Shown: positions 11,880 to 23,935 of the stretch, piece after piece
Position numbering within the stretch: the first letter of the stretch is position 1
Layout of the letters: the number at the start of each line of letters is the position of its first letter
Assembly (NCBI RefSeq): GCF_004010195.1
Contig: NC_057746.1
Span: forward strand, 9,486,142-9,550,141
Length of the DNA: 64,000 nucleotides
Reading direction: 5' to 3'
DNA from: Chiloscyllium plagiosum
Taxonomy: Eukaryota
Program-made: the position numbers and the translations under genes
The notes under the pieces: generated by a model
What the model saw: only the letters and a program-made list of their open reading frames with translations
Database searches by the model: none
Told to the model about the DNA's origin: nothing

Positions 11880-12560
11880 GAAAGCATATTACTTGAAAGG
11901 TACATTGGGAAATGTGAATGCATAAAGGGATCTGTGTGTCCTTGTACATCAGTCAATGAAAGAACACAGGCAGGTGCACTAGCAATTCAGAAAGCAAATG
12001 TTTCACTGCAAAAGGATTTGAGTTCAGAAATAGTGACGTACGGCTGCAGTTGTACAGTGAAGCCAAACTGGGGCTTTGCATGCAATTTTGGTCTCTCTCC
12101 CAATGAAAGGATGTAGTTACCAGAGAGAAAATGCAGTGAAAGTTTACACTGCGGATGCAGGGGATGACTTGGCCTGTAGTCACTTGGGTTTCAAGAATAG
12201 GAAGGGATCTGATTGAATAAAATATACTTCTAACAGGCCTGAACAGACTGGATGAGGTGAGGTTGTTTACCCTGGTTGAGTAGTCACAAACCAGGGGACA
12301 TAATCTCAGGACAAAGTGTTGATGATTTTGGACTGAGATGAGAGAACATTTCTTCACTTGAAGTGTACTGAACCTGTGGAATTCTCTACCAAAGCTGGCT
12401 GTGGAGACAGTCACTGAAGATATTTAAGAAAGAAATAGAGGCATTTGAAGATTTAAAAATTATAAAGGTGTTTGGGGAGAAAGCAGGAATATCACATTGC
12501 GACAGAGAAAGTCGTGATCACACTAAAGAGTGAAACATGCTGGAAGGACCGAATGTAACA
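11880..12560 (+). mobile_element. CR1-like LINE 3' fragment
   Basis: Recognisable CR1 C-terminal/3' sequence (gggatctgattgaa..., aacctgtggaattctctacc). Confidence 0.6.
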
Positions 12561-14222
12561 TTTCAGTACATAGTGCATGGTATCCAGGGCACTGGTGAAA
12601 CTACAAGTTGAATACTGTGCATTTACCCATCATGTTATTTATGGGAGGGTGTAAATAAATTGGTGACAGTTAAAAGAAGGTATCCCTGATCAACACCTGG
12701 AATAAGTGCGTATAAAAAAACGAATACTGTGGATGCTGCAAGTCTAAAATATAAATATAAAATGCTGATGAAACTCACCAGTTCTGATGGGATCTGTGGA
12801 AAGAGGACAAAAGTGTTAACATTCTTAGTCAAGTGGCTCTCCTTGAAACTGAATGGAACTGGAAAATGATTTTTTTTGTGTGTTTGTATGTTGATAAAGA
12901 GGGAAGAGGAGAAAGCGGAACAGATAGTGAGGGTGCTCAGATCAAAAGCGAAGGTGATAAAGGAGGGATTGAGATGCAAAATGGAAATTCATATTACATT
13001 GTACAGGAGAAAATAAGTCAGCTCTTCTGAGGCAAATCCAACAAGACACAAACAAGTGGCATGGGGTTAGGTGATTTTGTGATGCAAATGAAGGACAGTG
13101 TTCATGCTCAGAAGTTATTCAACTCAATTTTGAATCCTGAATGCTGTAAAATGTCTAAGTGGAGAATAAAATGCTGCCTGTCGAACACTCTTTGAGCTTC
13201 GATGGAACAAAGCAGCAGGCCTGTGACCGCAATGTTATATTGGGAGTAAGATCTTTTACTGATTTGATTGATTTCTTCAACCATGCTGTGAGACTAGATG
13301 AGTTTCTTTAGCATTTCTGTTTTCATACTTGGAGTCTCTCACTGAGATAGGTTTGGCTGAGTAATCTTTGTATCTGCGGCAATGTAGAAGAGTAAGTGAT
13401 CACATGCTGCAACGTATAAAGGTCGCAGGTTTGTGATAGGATAGATGTGAAGAAGATCTTTCCTCTTATGAAAGAATCATGATCTATGGCTCACAAACAA
13501 TACAAAGTGTGAGGAAAATTGTTATTCTCTTGGATTGACACAAGTGTTTGCTGTTTTCTTCCTGAAATTGTCGTGGGAACAGAATCCTTGAATACTTTTA
13601 AGGCAGGGATGGTTAGATTGCTGTTCAGCCCAGGGCAGAAAAGTTACCGTGCGAAGTGAATGTGTGGATTTGATGTTGCAATCAGATAAGCTATGATCTT
13701 GTTCAACAGTGGCAAAGACTGGAGTGCCTGAATGGCATACTGCTGCACCTTGTTTAAATGTTCTGATTCAACAAGGAGATTCTGACATCTGTTGGCCTTT
13801 TCCTCAAGCACTGTGAACAGTTCAGATTTTGCATTTGCGTCCACTGCACAGAGGTGTGAATGTAACTTACCTCGTATTCTCCCATCATTGCATTGAAAAG
13901 CTTCATTCTGGCCAATAGAATTGTAGCCAGCCCTCCATTCCAATGCCTCATCATTTATTTCTTCACCTCACTTACTTCTTTTTCTGGCCCTATTTTCCCC
14001 TCCTCTTCTTTGATTTTCAACCCCGATGCAGCCTCAGATTTATGTTCCCTTCCCTCTCCCTCCTTAGTAAAATGATAAATTGTGCACTTCATATCATGGG
14101 AATACAATTCATATTAAACATCATCATTACTTCAGCAATGTCATGACTTGACGATTATCATGTATATTATTGTCCATCAATTCAAAACTTTATAATAAAA
14201 AGTGCTACTTAATATTTTTCAG

Positions 14223-14327
14223 AAGGAAAAGTGAAGGATAGCAACAATGTGGGGATGATTGTCTTGGCTGTACTCGTTTCACTAGCAATCATTGTTATCA
14301 TATTTATATGGTGGAGAAGACGAAGAG
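14223..14327 (+). CDS. MHC class I connecting peptide/transmembrane exon
   Basis: tttttcag|AA ... G|gtatgc; 105 nt, phase 1/1, in frame with alpha3. EGKVKDSNNVGMIVLAVLVSLAIIVIIFIWWRRRR is a 22-residue hydrophobic helix followed by a basic stop-transfer signal. Confidence 0.88.
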
Positions 14328-14995
14328 GTATGCAAATTTTTCTTAATGTATCACAGAACAACCTTGCAATATTTTCTCACCCACGCCCATGATTATGGTT
14401 GATTTCCCAACATTCAGATAAAGCAGTAACAATTGACACTTGGTTTCTATTGCATAAGAACTGCAGTTTTCTTGAGGATAGATTTTTAAGTGAAATTTTA
14501 TGCTTCATCAGGAACATAAATTGTCAAGTGAAGAAGGGACGATAAACCCAGCAAGAAGTATCAAAAAAGACTCAATACAAACGAAGTGAGATGACCGTGG
14601 GAAATGTTGTGCAGAGTCATTTTGATGATCACGCTATGATCTTGTTAAATAGTGCACCTGTCCAAATGTCCTTTTAAATGTTGCAATTGAACCTACCTGC
14701 ACTAGCAGCTTGTTCCATACATGCACCACCCTCTGTGCGTAAGAGCCATCCCTCGGGTCCCGTCCCTTTTAATTCTTTCCTCTTTCACGTTAAACCTATG
14801 CCCTCTAGTTTTGGACTCCCTTATCCTGGGATAAAAAGATCTTGGCTTATCTATGCCCTTGACAATTGTATAGACCTCAATAATGGCACCTGTCATTGCT
14901 GCAGTGGGAGCGACAAGAGCGGATATCAGGGGCTGTCAGGAAACTAAATTTTTTATTAAAAAACTTACCTCTTGAGAGCAGCAGCCTTCATTTGT

Positions 14996-15233
14996 GGGCG
15001 GCACGGTGGCACAGTGGTTAGCACTGCTGCCTCACAGCGCCAGAGACCCGGGTTCAATTCCCGCCTCAGGCGACTGACTGTGTGGAGTTTGCACGTTCTC
15101 CCCGTGTCTGCGTGGGTTTCCTCCGGGTGCTCCGGTTTCCTCCCACAGTCCAAAGATGTGNNNNNNNNGCTTCGGCGGGTCGGTGTGGACTTGTTGGGCC
15201 GAAGGGCCTGTTTCCAACTGTAATCTAATCTAA
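14996..15233 (+). mobile_element. HE1 (V-SINE), young copy containing an 8-N gap
   Basis: tRNA-like head ggcacggtggcacagtggttagcactgctgcctcacagcgcc (A box), ggttcaattccc (B box), V-domain ctccccgtgtctgcgtgggtttcc and a (taatc)n tail. Confidence 0.92.
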
Positions 15234-15249
15234 ATTGCAGTTGAATTGT

Positions 15250-18200
15250 GATTTCAGGAGATGAGTGAGTTGATATGCTTGGACAGCAGCAAGAGGCAGA
15301 TTAACAAATTGAAATTCAGTTCGTGATATGGGACAACAGGGTGTGACTGCAAGTGAGGCATGTAGAGGGATCCTGAGTTCAGGAATGGAGGAGCTTCTGC
15401 TTTTGACTTTATCCAACAGGTAGGCAATACTTGCTCCCAGAGTGGATGAGGAAAAGGGCTGTGGGGAGGATGAGCCAACTGACCATGGCAACATGGAGTA
15501 GAAAGCCATTCAAGAGAGGGGAGCAAAATGACAAGTGGTAGTTATAGGGGATTCTATAATTAGGGGTCAGAATGGGAGTCCCACATGGTGTGTTGCCTGC
15601 CCGGTGCCAGGGTGCCGGACATTTTTGACCGGCTTGAAAGAATGTTGGAGTGGGAGGGGGAGGATCCAGTTGTTGTGATTCACTTTGGGACAAACAGCAT
15701 AGGCAAGGGTAGGAAGGATGACCTGTTTGTGGATTACCGAGCATGAGGAAGAAAATTAAGGAGCGAGTCCTCGAGGGTCATAATCTCCAGATCACTCCCC
15801 GAGACATGTGCAAATTGGCTTAGTGATAATAAAATTAGGGAAGTAAACATGTGGCTAAGAGAGTGATGTGTGTAAGAGGGGTTCCATTTCATGGGGCATT
15901 GGTATCAGTTTTGGAACTGGTGGATCTGTACTGATGGTGGCGGTCTCCACCTGAACCGACATAGAACCTGTGTTCTAGTGAAAAGGATAAATAGGATGGT
16001 CACTCGAAGTTTAAACTTGTGAATTGGGGGAAGGGAAAGGGAAAACAACAGGATGGTAAATTGAAAAGGTAAGCAGCAAATTAGCATGTGTGCAGGAAGG
16101 TTTAATTTCAAGTCAGAAAATGAAAGAAGCAAAAAGGATGGATAACTCAGGAGAGATTATTAGAGATGTTGGAAATTATAAGGGTAAGAAGACTAGCATG
16201 AGGGCACTTTGCTTGAATGCTCATAGCATTTGTAACAAGGTTGATGAGTTAACAGCACAAATCGTTGTGAAAGAATATGATTTAGTAACCATTATGGGAG
16301 ACATTACAGGATGGTTACGACTGGGACTTAAGTATTCAGATGTATCAGACTATTCAGAAGGGCAGACAGAAAGGGAAGGGAGGTGGTGTATCTTTCATAC
16401 TCAAGGGCAAAATCAGGCCAATGCTGAGAGATGGTATAGGTTCCATTAAGAATAAGTTTGAAACAATTTGGCTGGAAATTAGAAATTTGAAGAAGAAAAA
16501 GTCACTGATAGGCCACCAAGTAATAACATCACACTGGGGTGGGCAAAAGACAAAGAAATAACTCATGTTGGAAAAATGGGATGATGAATATCATGAGAGA
16601 TTTTAATCTACATGTAGGTTGATCGAACCAGCTTGCTGAGTGTAGCCTTGAGGGAGAGTTCATTGAGTGTATCCATGAAAGTTTTCTTGAACAGTATATA
16701 ATGGAACTGACGAGGGAGCAAGCTATCCTAGATCTGGTCCTGTGTAATGACATAAAAATAATTAATGACCTCATAGTTAGGGATCCCCTCAGAAGAAAAA
16801 GAAATACAGTATGGTTGAATTTAGAATAAATCTGGAGAGTGTGAAGACAAAATCAAAATGCCATGGCCCTGTGCTTAAATAAGGGAGACCATAACAGAAT
16901 GAGGGACGTCTTGGCTAAAGTAGACTGGAAATAAAGCGTTTATGTTGGGACAATTGACCAGCAGTAGAGAACTTTCAAAACAATTTTTTAAAAGCACTCA
17001 GCAAAAGTGTATTCCAGTGAAAAGGAAGGACTGTAAGAAAATGGGTAGTCTGCCATGGGGGTCACAGGAAATAAGGGAGGCTGCCAAATTGAAAGAGAAG
17101 GCATACAAAGTGGCCAAACACTGCATGAAATGAGAAGATTGGGAAAGGTTTAAAGGTCAACAGAAAGCCACAGAAAGAGCTCTAAAGAAAAGAAATATAG
17201 AGCATAGAAAAAAAAAACTAGTACATAATATAAAGACAGACAGCAAAAGTTCCTATAAATATATAAAATGAAAAGGAGTTGTTACATTTGGTCATTTAGA
17301 GGAAGAGAAGGGACATTTAGTTATGGGATATAATGAAATAACCAATGCATTGAACAAGTATTTTGTATCATTGTTCACAGTGGAGGACACTATTGACTTG
17401 CAAGTAACTGATAAAGAAACAAAGGTAGCAGAGGAGTTGGAAACAATCATTATTACAGACGAGGTAGTCTTGGGCAAGCTAATGATAAATAAGTCTCCTG
17501 GCTCTGATAGAATGCATCCTAAGGTACTAAAAGAGATAGCGGGAGAAATCGCAGGTTAACTGGTGGTAATTTTCCAAAACTCACTCAACTTCGGGTGCAG
17601 TCCCAGCAGATCGGAAGACAGCAAATGTAACACCACTGTTTAAAAATGTTGGTAGACAAGAGATGGGGTATTATAGAAAAGTGAGATTAACCTCTGCAGT
17701 GGGGAGGATGCTTGAGTCTATTATTAAGGAAGAAGTAGCAAGGCATCTCAATAGAAATTGTCCTTTTGGGCAGATGCAGCATGCATTCATGAAGAGCAGG
17801 TCATGCTTAACAAATCTTTTAGAATTCTATGACAACATTAAGAGGAAGGTGGATAACGGGGACCCAGTGGATGTGCTGTACCTAGATATCCAAAAGACCT
17901 TTGACAAGGTGCTGCACATGAGGCTGCTGCATAAGATATGAATGCATGGTGTTACAGGTAAAGTATTAGCACAGATAGAGGATTCGTTGACTAACAGGAA
18001 GCAAAGAGTGGGGATAAGTGAGTGGTGCTCTGGCTGGCAATCAGTGACTAATGGTGTGCCTCAGGAATCCGTGTTGGGACTGCATTATTCACAATTTATG
18101 TTGATGATTTTTAGTTGGGGACCCTGTTCTTACAGAAACATTTAAAATTATGAAGGGAATAGATAAGACCGAAGTAGAAAAGATGGTTCCACAGGCGGGT

Positions 18201-18510
18201 GAAACTAGGATAAGAGGGCACAACCTCAAGATTAGAGGGAGTGGATTTGCACTAAATTATGAAGGAACTTCTTCAACCAGAGGGTTGTAAACTTATGAAA
18301 ATCCTTGCTCAGGGAAGTTAATGATGCTACTTCAGAAAATGCTTTTAAAGCTAAGGTAGTTTTTTTGAACAATGAAAAGAATTAAGGGATACGGTGAGAG
18401 CTCGGTTAAGCGGATCTGAGTCCAGGAAAAGATCTGCCATGATCTCATTGAATGTTGGAGCAGGCTCAAAGGGCCAGACAGCTTACTCCTGCTCCTAGTT
18501 CTTATGTTCG
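15250..18510 (+). mobile_element. Long, internally deleted CR1 LINE (ORF1 esterase-like, APE, RT, 3' tail)
   Basis: VCCLPGARV...DPVVVIHFGTN-like segment at 15.5-16.0 kb; LCLNAHSICNKVDEL (APE); KSPGSDRMHPKVLKE, QHAF..SRSCLTNLLEFY, DVLYLD and VTNGVPQ (RT); tcttatgtt tail. Confidence 0.88.
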
Positions 18511-19339
18511 TGTGTTCACACTCCTACTCTCCAGGGAAAAATGTCCCAGCCTATCCCAGTCTCTCCTTATGATTCAAACCTTCCAATTGTGTTTTTAAAA
18601 AAACTGGTAAATCTTTTTTACCATCAAAAGCATGGGCCATTACAGTCTACTTTTTCAACATTATTTCCTGGCAACAATGTTTCACAGGGGTTTGCTAGCC
18701 TCAGTGCCTACTCTGAGGAGCGACACTATCCAGTATTCATTGGAGAACTGATTTTTCACTTCACCTCATACACTGGCAGGTGTCCGCAGGATTGAATGGA
18801 TAGCCAAGATCTGCACCTTTCTGTGCCATGTTCCCTCAGCTTTTAACTTCTAAGCTCATGAGCTACTGTCACCATACGCAAGCATGACAAAGTTGCTCGT
18901 GGTGATCTTTTCCCTACTTAGAATTTTCCTTCCAATATATTCCTCTGCATTGATTACAATAATTGCCTCTCATTTTTTGGAATTCAAACATATCACCAGT
19001 AGTAGATGACAGGCTGTCGTCAAATATTCACGAACAATGGGTCATTCAAATTACTTTTAAGCAAAATGTGCAGGACCCATTCTGAGCCTTCAGTTGATGA
19101 TTAACCATAACCTGCTCACTCTCCCAAACATGCATGAGCCCAAATAGGAAAAGAAAAGTTGTGAAAATTGAATTTTGGCCAATGTTGAAATGTTAGGAAA
19201 TGGCCTAATAAAATTCGCTGTCTTGTAGGTAATCTGCAGGGGACCATTGTGAAAAGAGCATGAACACATTGTATTTTTATGATACTATGGTCTGCACTGT
19301 TATGTCTGGATTTTCTAACATTTATTTTCCTTTCTCTAG

Positions 19340-19356
19340 ATTACAGTGTTGTTTAA
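19340..19356 (+). CDS. Candidate terminal cytoplasmic exon of the MHC class I gene (DYSVV*)
   Basis: Strong polypyrimidine acceptor tttattttcctttctctag|; phase 1 join gives GAT TAC AGT GTT GTT TAA; followed by AT-rich non-repetitive UTR-like sequence. Confidence 0.6.
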
Positions 19357-19856
19357 CCAGTGCCTTAGAAGGTTAAATGCTAGAATTGACAGCACGGACA
19401 GACCGAAATTGACAATTACTTCATAACTATGGTTGTTTTAATTGCAAATCATTTTATGCTTGTTTTCTCTTTTAATAATTTTACTGAAACATCAATCATT
19501 TGCTCAATTTTGGAAATGACCATTTACAAGTTTGATCTTCAATTGTATTAACTTATTGTACAAATTATCTAACAACAACTAGAAATTTCTGGCATTTTAA
19601 CATGTGTGTTGTGAATATTATTACACTCCTGACATTTCCTAGATAATTACCTCAGGTAGAGGCTCTGAAATTGTGGGGTTAGATAATGATTATGTTCAAT
19701 CAGTGGGCATGCAACTGAGGATCACAAGCATTTGACATAGTTACCAGTGAACAATTGCATCCATGCTTCAGTAGGTCAGGAGAGCTCTGAGGTGACTTCT
19801 CCCTTTTATAAATATATATGTATCACCTCTGTTGCCAACAGGAAGATTCCAATGGA

Positions 19857-19862
19857 AATAAA
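19857..19862 (+). terminator. Candidate polyadenylation signal of the MHC class I gene
   Basis: AATAAA ~500 nt after the predicted stop codon. Confidence 0.3.
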
Positions 19863-20114
19863 ACTAAGAGACCTTCTCCAACCTGTGGTCAATCTTCAGC
19901 TGTCAGTATTTAAATGGAGTTCATCTCCTGAAAATCAACACATACTATAAAGGTGTTTTCTGAGTGTTTCAGAGGGAAGCTTTAAAAGTGACTGGAGACA
20001 ACTGCAAACCTTGCATAAGTTGACTTTACCCTTTTCAGAGACTTGTTTCATCCTTCCAAGCAAATTAATCTCCATATGCATTGGAAAAAAAAAACCCACA
20101 GCAGATTGGGAGTT

Positions 20115-20544
20115 TTTTTTTATTCTTTTCTTTTTTCAATTTTTTTTCTCCCCCACACTACTGCCTAACTGCGGTAGTGCTTTTTTTTCTCCCAACACCC
20201 ATGTTGTGTGTGTGCAGGTGTGAGACACAGTGAGAGACACAAGGTGCATGAATCTTTATTCAAATTTCCACCACCAGGAAGAAAAGAAACACCCGAGTTG
20301 CCAGTGAGAAGCAGTGCCCTTCACATCAAAGGGCAATGCTGTGTGATCAAACAGTGAAGGGAGGGCACGGATTAAATCAAAATAGAATTGGAGGGGGCAG
20401 TAATGCACTCCACTCCCTGCAGTGGAGTGCACTTCTCCCTGAACAACTCCAGGGCGGTGGTGGACACCACATGCTCCTTTTCCAGAGTCACCCAGGCTCA
20501 AACGTAACTGCGGAAGAGGGGCAGGCAGTCAGCCCTAACGACCC
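20115..20544 (-). mobile_element. 5'-truncated Tx1/L1-clade LINE with 13 bp TSD
   Basis: TSD cagattgggagtt at 20102-20114 and 20545-20557; poly-T on plus is the A-tail; minus reading ...DCLPLFRSYV*AWVTLEKEHVVST... resembles a Tx1 ORF2 C-terminus. Confidence 0.75.
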
Positions 20545-20594
20545 CAGATTGGGAGTTGTTAGCTGCCATCATATATCCTGCTCAACATTTGGTG

Positions 20595-20600
20595 TTTATT
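20595..20600 (-). terminator. Candidate poly(A) signal of GPCR gene 1
   Basis: TTTATT on plus (AATAAA on minus), ~125 nt after the stop codon. Confidence 0.4.
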
Positions 20601-20723
20601 GTTCTTTGTGGAAAATGCTGTTTCGGAAATGTCACAAGTCTTATCTGCTCATTCCTATTTTGCACTGCTATCGAGGCAGTTATTTATTTGGAGGTCAATT
20701 CTAATTAACGTGAGACCTTTGTG

Positions 20724-21613
20724 TTATTTCTGTAAATTACTGACAAAATTCAATGGATATTTAAGTAGATTCTTTAACTGCTGTCTGAATTTAGTCTGGG
20801 AAACTGCATAAATAATGGTGTTTGTGCAAGAACTCAAATGTTGCAGCATGTAGCCTGCTTGCTCCATAATGGTGAAAGGATTACTATAATCTGTGTGCAA
20901 GTATTCCACATCCATAATTTGCACACATATGTAGTGAGTAAATGTGACTACCCACAGCAGTATAAAGCTGCCAGATATCGCTAATAGTAAAACAATAGAT
21001 TTCCATCGGTTTTCCATTTCTGGGTCTTTGTCACTGCTCCGGAGTCCCTTCCTGATCCTGCTTGTGAGTAGAATATGCCTGATGGTCAGGCTATTGAATA
21101 TAAGGATCAAGAGAAAGGGAATAAAAGGCATGAATGTGATATCAATCCATAGAAATGTAACCCACAGAGGGACAGTGTACAGACTTAATTTTACATTGCA
21201 GAACCATAATGTATCATCAATTATTACACGCGGTTCAAATGTAAAGTAAATTGGAATGTTTTCCAGGGTGCTGAATACCCATATCATAGTCACAACTACT
21301 GCTGCAGTTTTTGCAGTGCAATATTGTGTTCTTGTTTTTTGACAACAAATGGCAATAAATCTGTCAAAGGTGAAAGCTACAGTCAACCAGACAGAACATT
21401 CAATAGAAGCAAAAATTAGGAAGAAATTCAGACTGCAGACAGGTGTATAGTCCAGGAAGGAATCTGGGAAATAAATTTCATTCATCTCATAAATAACCAC
21501 ATCAAAAATGAGGACTAGTAGATCTGCTGCTGCCATGGATACCAGATAAATTGTGATGCATTTGGAGAGGCCACATTTTCCACGGGAGAGAATCACAATT
21601 GTCACCAAATTGG
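20724..21613 (-). CDS. GPR139/GPR142-like orphan class A GPCR, gene 1, exon 2
   Basis: 294-aa ORF with TM1 end to TM7: MAAADLLVL, CSVWLTVAFTFDRF, FILLW, SSCTNTIIYAVSQTKFR; acceptor ttcttctccacttacag|CC. Confidence 0.92.
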
Positions 21614-23344
21614 CTGTAAGTGGAGAAGAAATGGAATAAATCAGGAGTGTAAATTTGAAAAATTATTTGAGCAAAATAAGCAATAATAATCATTTTTTTC
21701 CATTCACTCATCATTCACAGTCATCCAAAATAAATTTGATAATACAGAGGATGCACATCAGTAAAATATAATTTATTGTCAGTCATTTGAAACAACATTA
21801 ATGAGGTGCTGTGAAATTGGTGCTTAAGTCTCTAATTTGCATTCAAACAACCTTACAGACAAGCAGTGAAGTCAGAGATTTCTTGCAGATTTAATGCATT
21901 GTGACAAATTTTCTCAATGATATTATAAACCACACAAAATAATGATTTGTTCCTCTTAAATCTAACATTTGTACAGCAACAGAGTCACTATTGACACAGA
22001 TGGCGCAATCTATTCATTATTGCTCTACTGCTCAATCTTCCGAAGTTTACAACGTTATTTGCTTCAACTATCTATTCAATCTTTTCTTGAAAACATTAAT
22101 TATTTCTGTTTCCACCTCATCATGAGCATTATCCTTCAGAGAATTACAACTCACTGCCTTAGAAAAGAACTCCTTCATCTCTTGTCTAAAATCCTAAATC
22201 TGTGTCCTTTCGTGCTTATACGATCCACTTATGGGGAGAGTGCTTGCTTGTTTATCTCTTTTCAGTTGATGATCCGAGAACCTTGAAATCACGGTTATGG
22301 TGTGGAATGGCGTCAAATGAGTATGATCACATCTCCTATTTGTCTTCTCATCTTGCAAGTTCCCTCGGAATTATGGCATCCCATCTATGTCATCCCACCT
22401 TATTTCTTCACTCAAAATATATCGAAGAAACGTTTTTTTTACATTGTTCCATACTGACTTATTAAAGGATTCTGATAGCCTGTGCCCTGTTGCAGACAAT
22501 TCGCAGTATTCTTACTGCTTGCAACTCCTACATTTTATAATTGGTGCCACATTTCAAAACTTTCCTCCAGATCGACGATATAAGTCAATGAGACATAGCA
22601 GAAAAGGCTGTGAAGATCAGTATCAATCCGTTTTCTTCCAATCCAACGCTGAACAAGTATGAACTCGGTGATTGATAACGCTCGATGAGGTTCCAGCAAC
22701 AGTATGGACAGGGTTACGAATTTCATCTAGGCACTGGTGAAAATTATTACCAGATGCATCAGTCAATAAACGCTTCTCTAGAAATCTAGCTTAATTTGAG
22801 GTCAAGTTAAATAGACCATCACAGTATTAATGTTTCCTTTTATCTCCTAAGTGAAAGTTACTTTCACGCAGATGACTAATGGGTGAAGTGAATGGGTTCC
22901 TGACATTGTTACGAGACGAACAACCGAGAAGCCCAAGCAAAAATTTGAAGGACATGAGTTTCAATCGCACCATGTCAATTGGTGAAACTTTAATTCTATA
23001 AAAAAGTTACTTTAACCACTGCCCAGTAATTTACGTGATTGACTATTGTCTTTTTCGTTTCCTTACATGATCTGGCATACCGGTAATCTAAAACCCATAG
23101 CAATTTGACTCTTTACTACCCTAAGTTAGCGATGGGGCAACAAATGTTGGCCCACATCAGCAACGTACACGTATAATGAACTAATTGGTTAAAAAGTGGC
23201 ACCACGTCGACTGATGCAATCCATGAAGTTTATCTTCAAAGTTCAAAACTGGGAAGTAACATAACCTTTCGGCAATGATAAAAAAATTGGGGTACACCAT
23301 TGCAATTGTGTATTAAATAGGTGGTGCCATTCTCTTTTCCGAGG

Positions 23345-23510
23345 TCGAAGTGGGTACTGCAGATGCTGGAGATTAGAGACAAGATTGGAGTGGTATTGGA
23401 AAAGCACAGCAGGTCAGGCAGCATCCGAGGAGCATTCCTGATGAAGTGCTTTTGCTCGAAACGTCGATTTTCCTGCTCCTCGGATGCTTTTCCAGCACCA
23501 CGCTAATCTC
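23345..23510. mobile_element. Penelope-like tail-to-tail inverted terminal repeats enclosing a minimal hammerhead-like motif
   Basis: Perfect inverted repeat gcatccgaggagca (23421-23434) / tgctcctcggatgc (23474-23487) around CTGATGA-A-GTGC-TTTT-GCTC-GAAA-CGTC. Confidence 0.65.
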
Positions 23511-23667
23511 GTTGCATGCTCTTTTCTGTCACAGTCAGAATGCACTGTTCTTGAGACACTGAAGCACTCGATCCATAGGCAGCAAGGCCGAGACAACATT
23601 CAGGCTTGGACTGGAAGTGGTGAGCAACAGGAGTGCAAGTGAGTGGCCGGACGGTGCCTGAATGGTT

Positions 23668-23935
23668 GGCGGCGCTGCCTCACAGCGTGAGGGCTCCGAA
23701 TTCGAATTCCACCCCAGTATCATTGGTGTGGAGTTAAAACACGGTGCTCTGCTTTCCTCCTACAGTCCAAAGATGTGCAGTTAGGTGGATTGGATATGCC
23801 CCTGATGTGCAGATTAGGTGTGTTAGCCGTGGTAAATATAGGGTTACAAGCACAGAGTAACCGAATGAGTCTGGGAAGAATACTCTTTGGCAGTTCGATG
23901 TGGACTCGATGGACCGACTGGCCACCTTATCCACT
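23668..23935 (+). mobile_element. Old HE1 SINE
   Basis: gctgcctcacagcg...ttcgaattcc...tttcctcctacagtccaaagatgtgcag. Confidence 0.7.

Noticed and set aside
13871-14062. Antisense exon-like segment with a strong donor (GAG|GTAAGT on minus)
   Set aside because: 192 nt but contains an in-frame stop, resembles no family I recognise, and has no partner exons
5048-14327. Classical UAA, MHC class II or W-category identity
   Set aside because: The alpha1-alpha2-alpha3-TM layout is class I rather than a two-domain chain, and loss of T143, Y159, W167 and Y171 argues against classical
14965-15223. Short ORFs such as MDCGRKPEHPEETHADTGR and MRAAAF..., recurring at 36.3-36.7 kb and 45.8-46.1 kb
   Set aside because: Translations of HE1 SINEs, not genes; the tRNA-like heads are not functional tRNAs
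20944-21249. 101-aa plus-strand ORF
   Set aside because: Antisense shadow of GPCR gene 1
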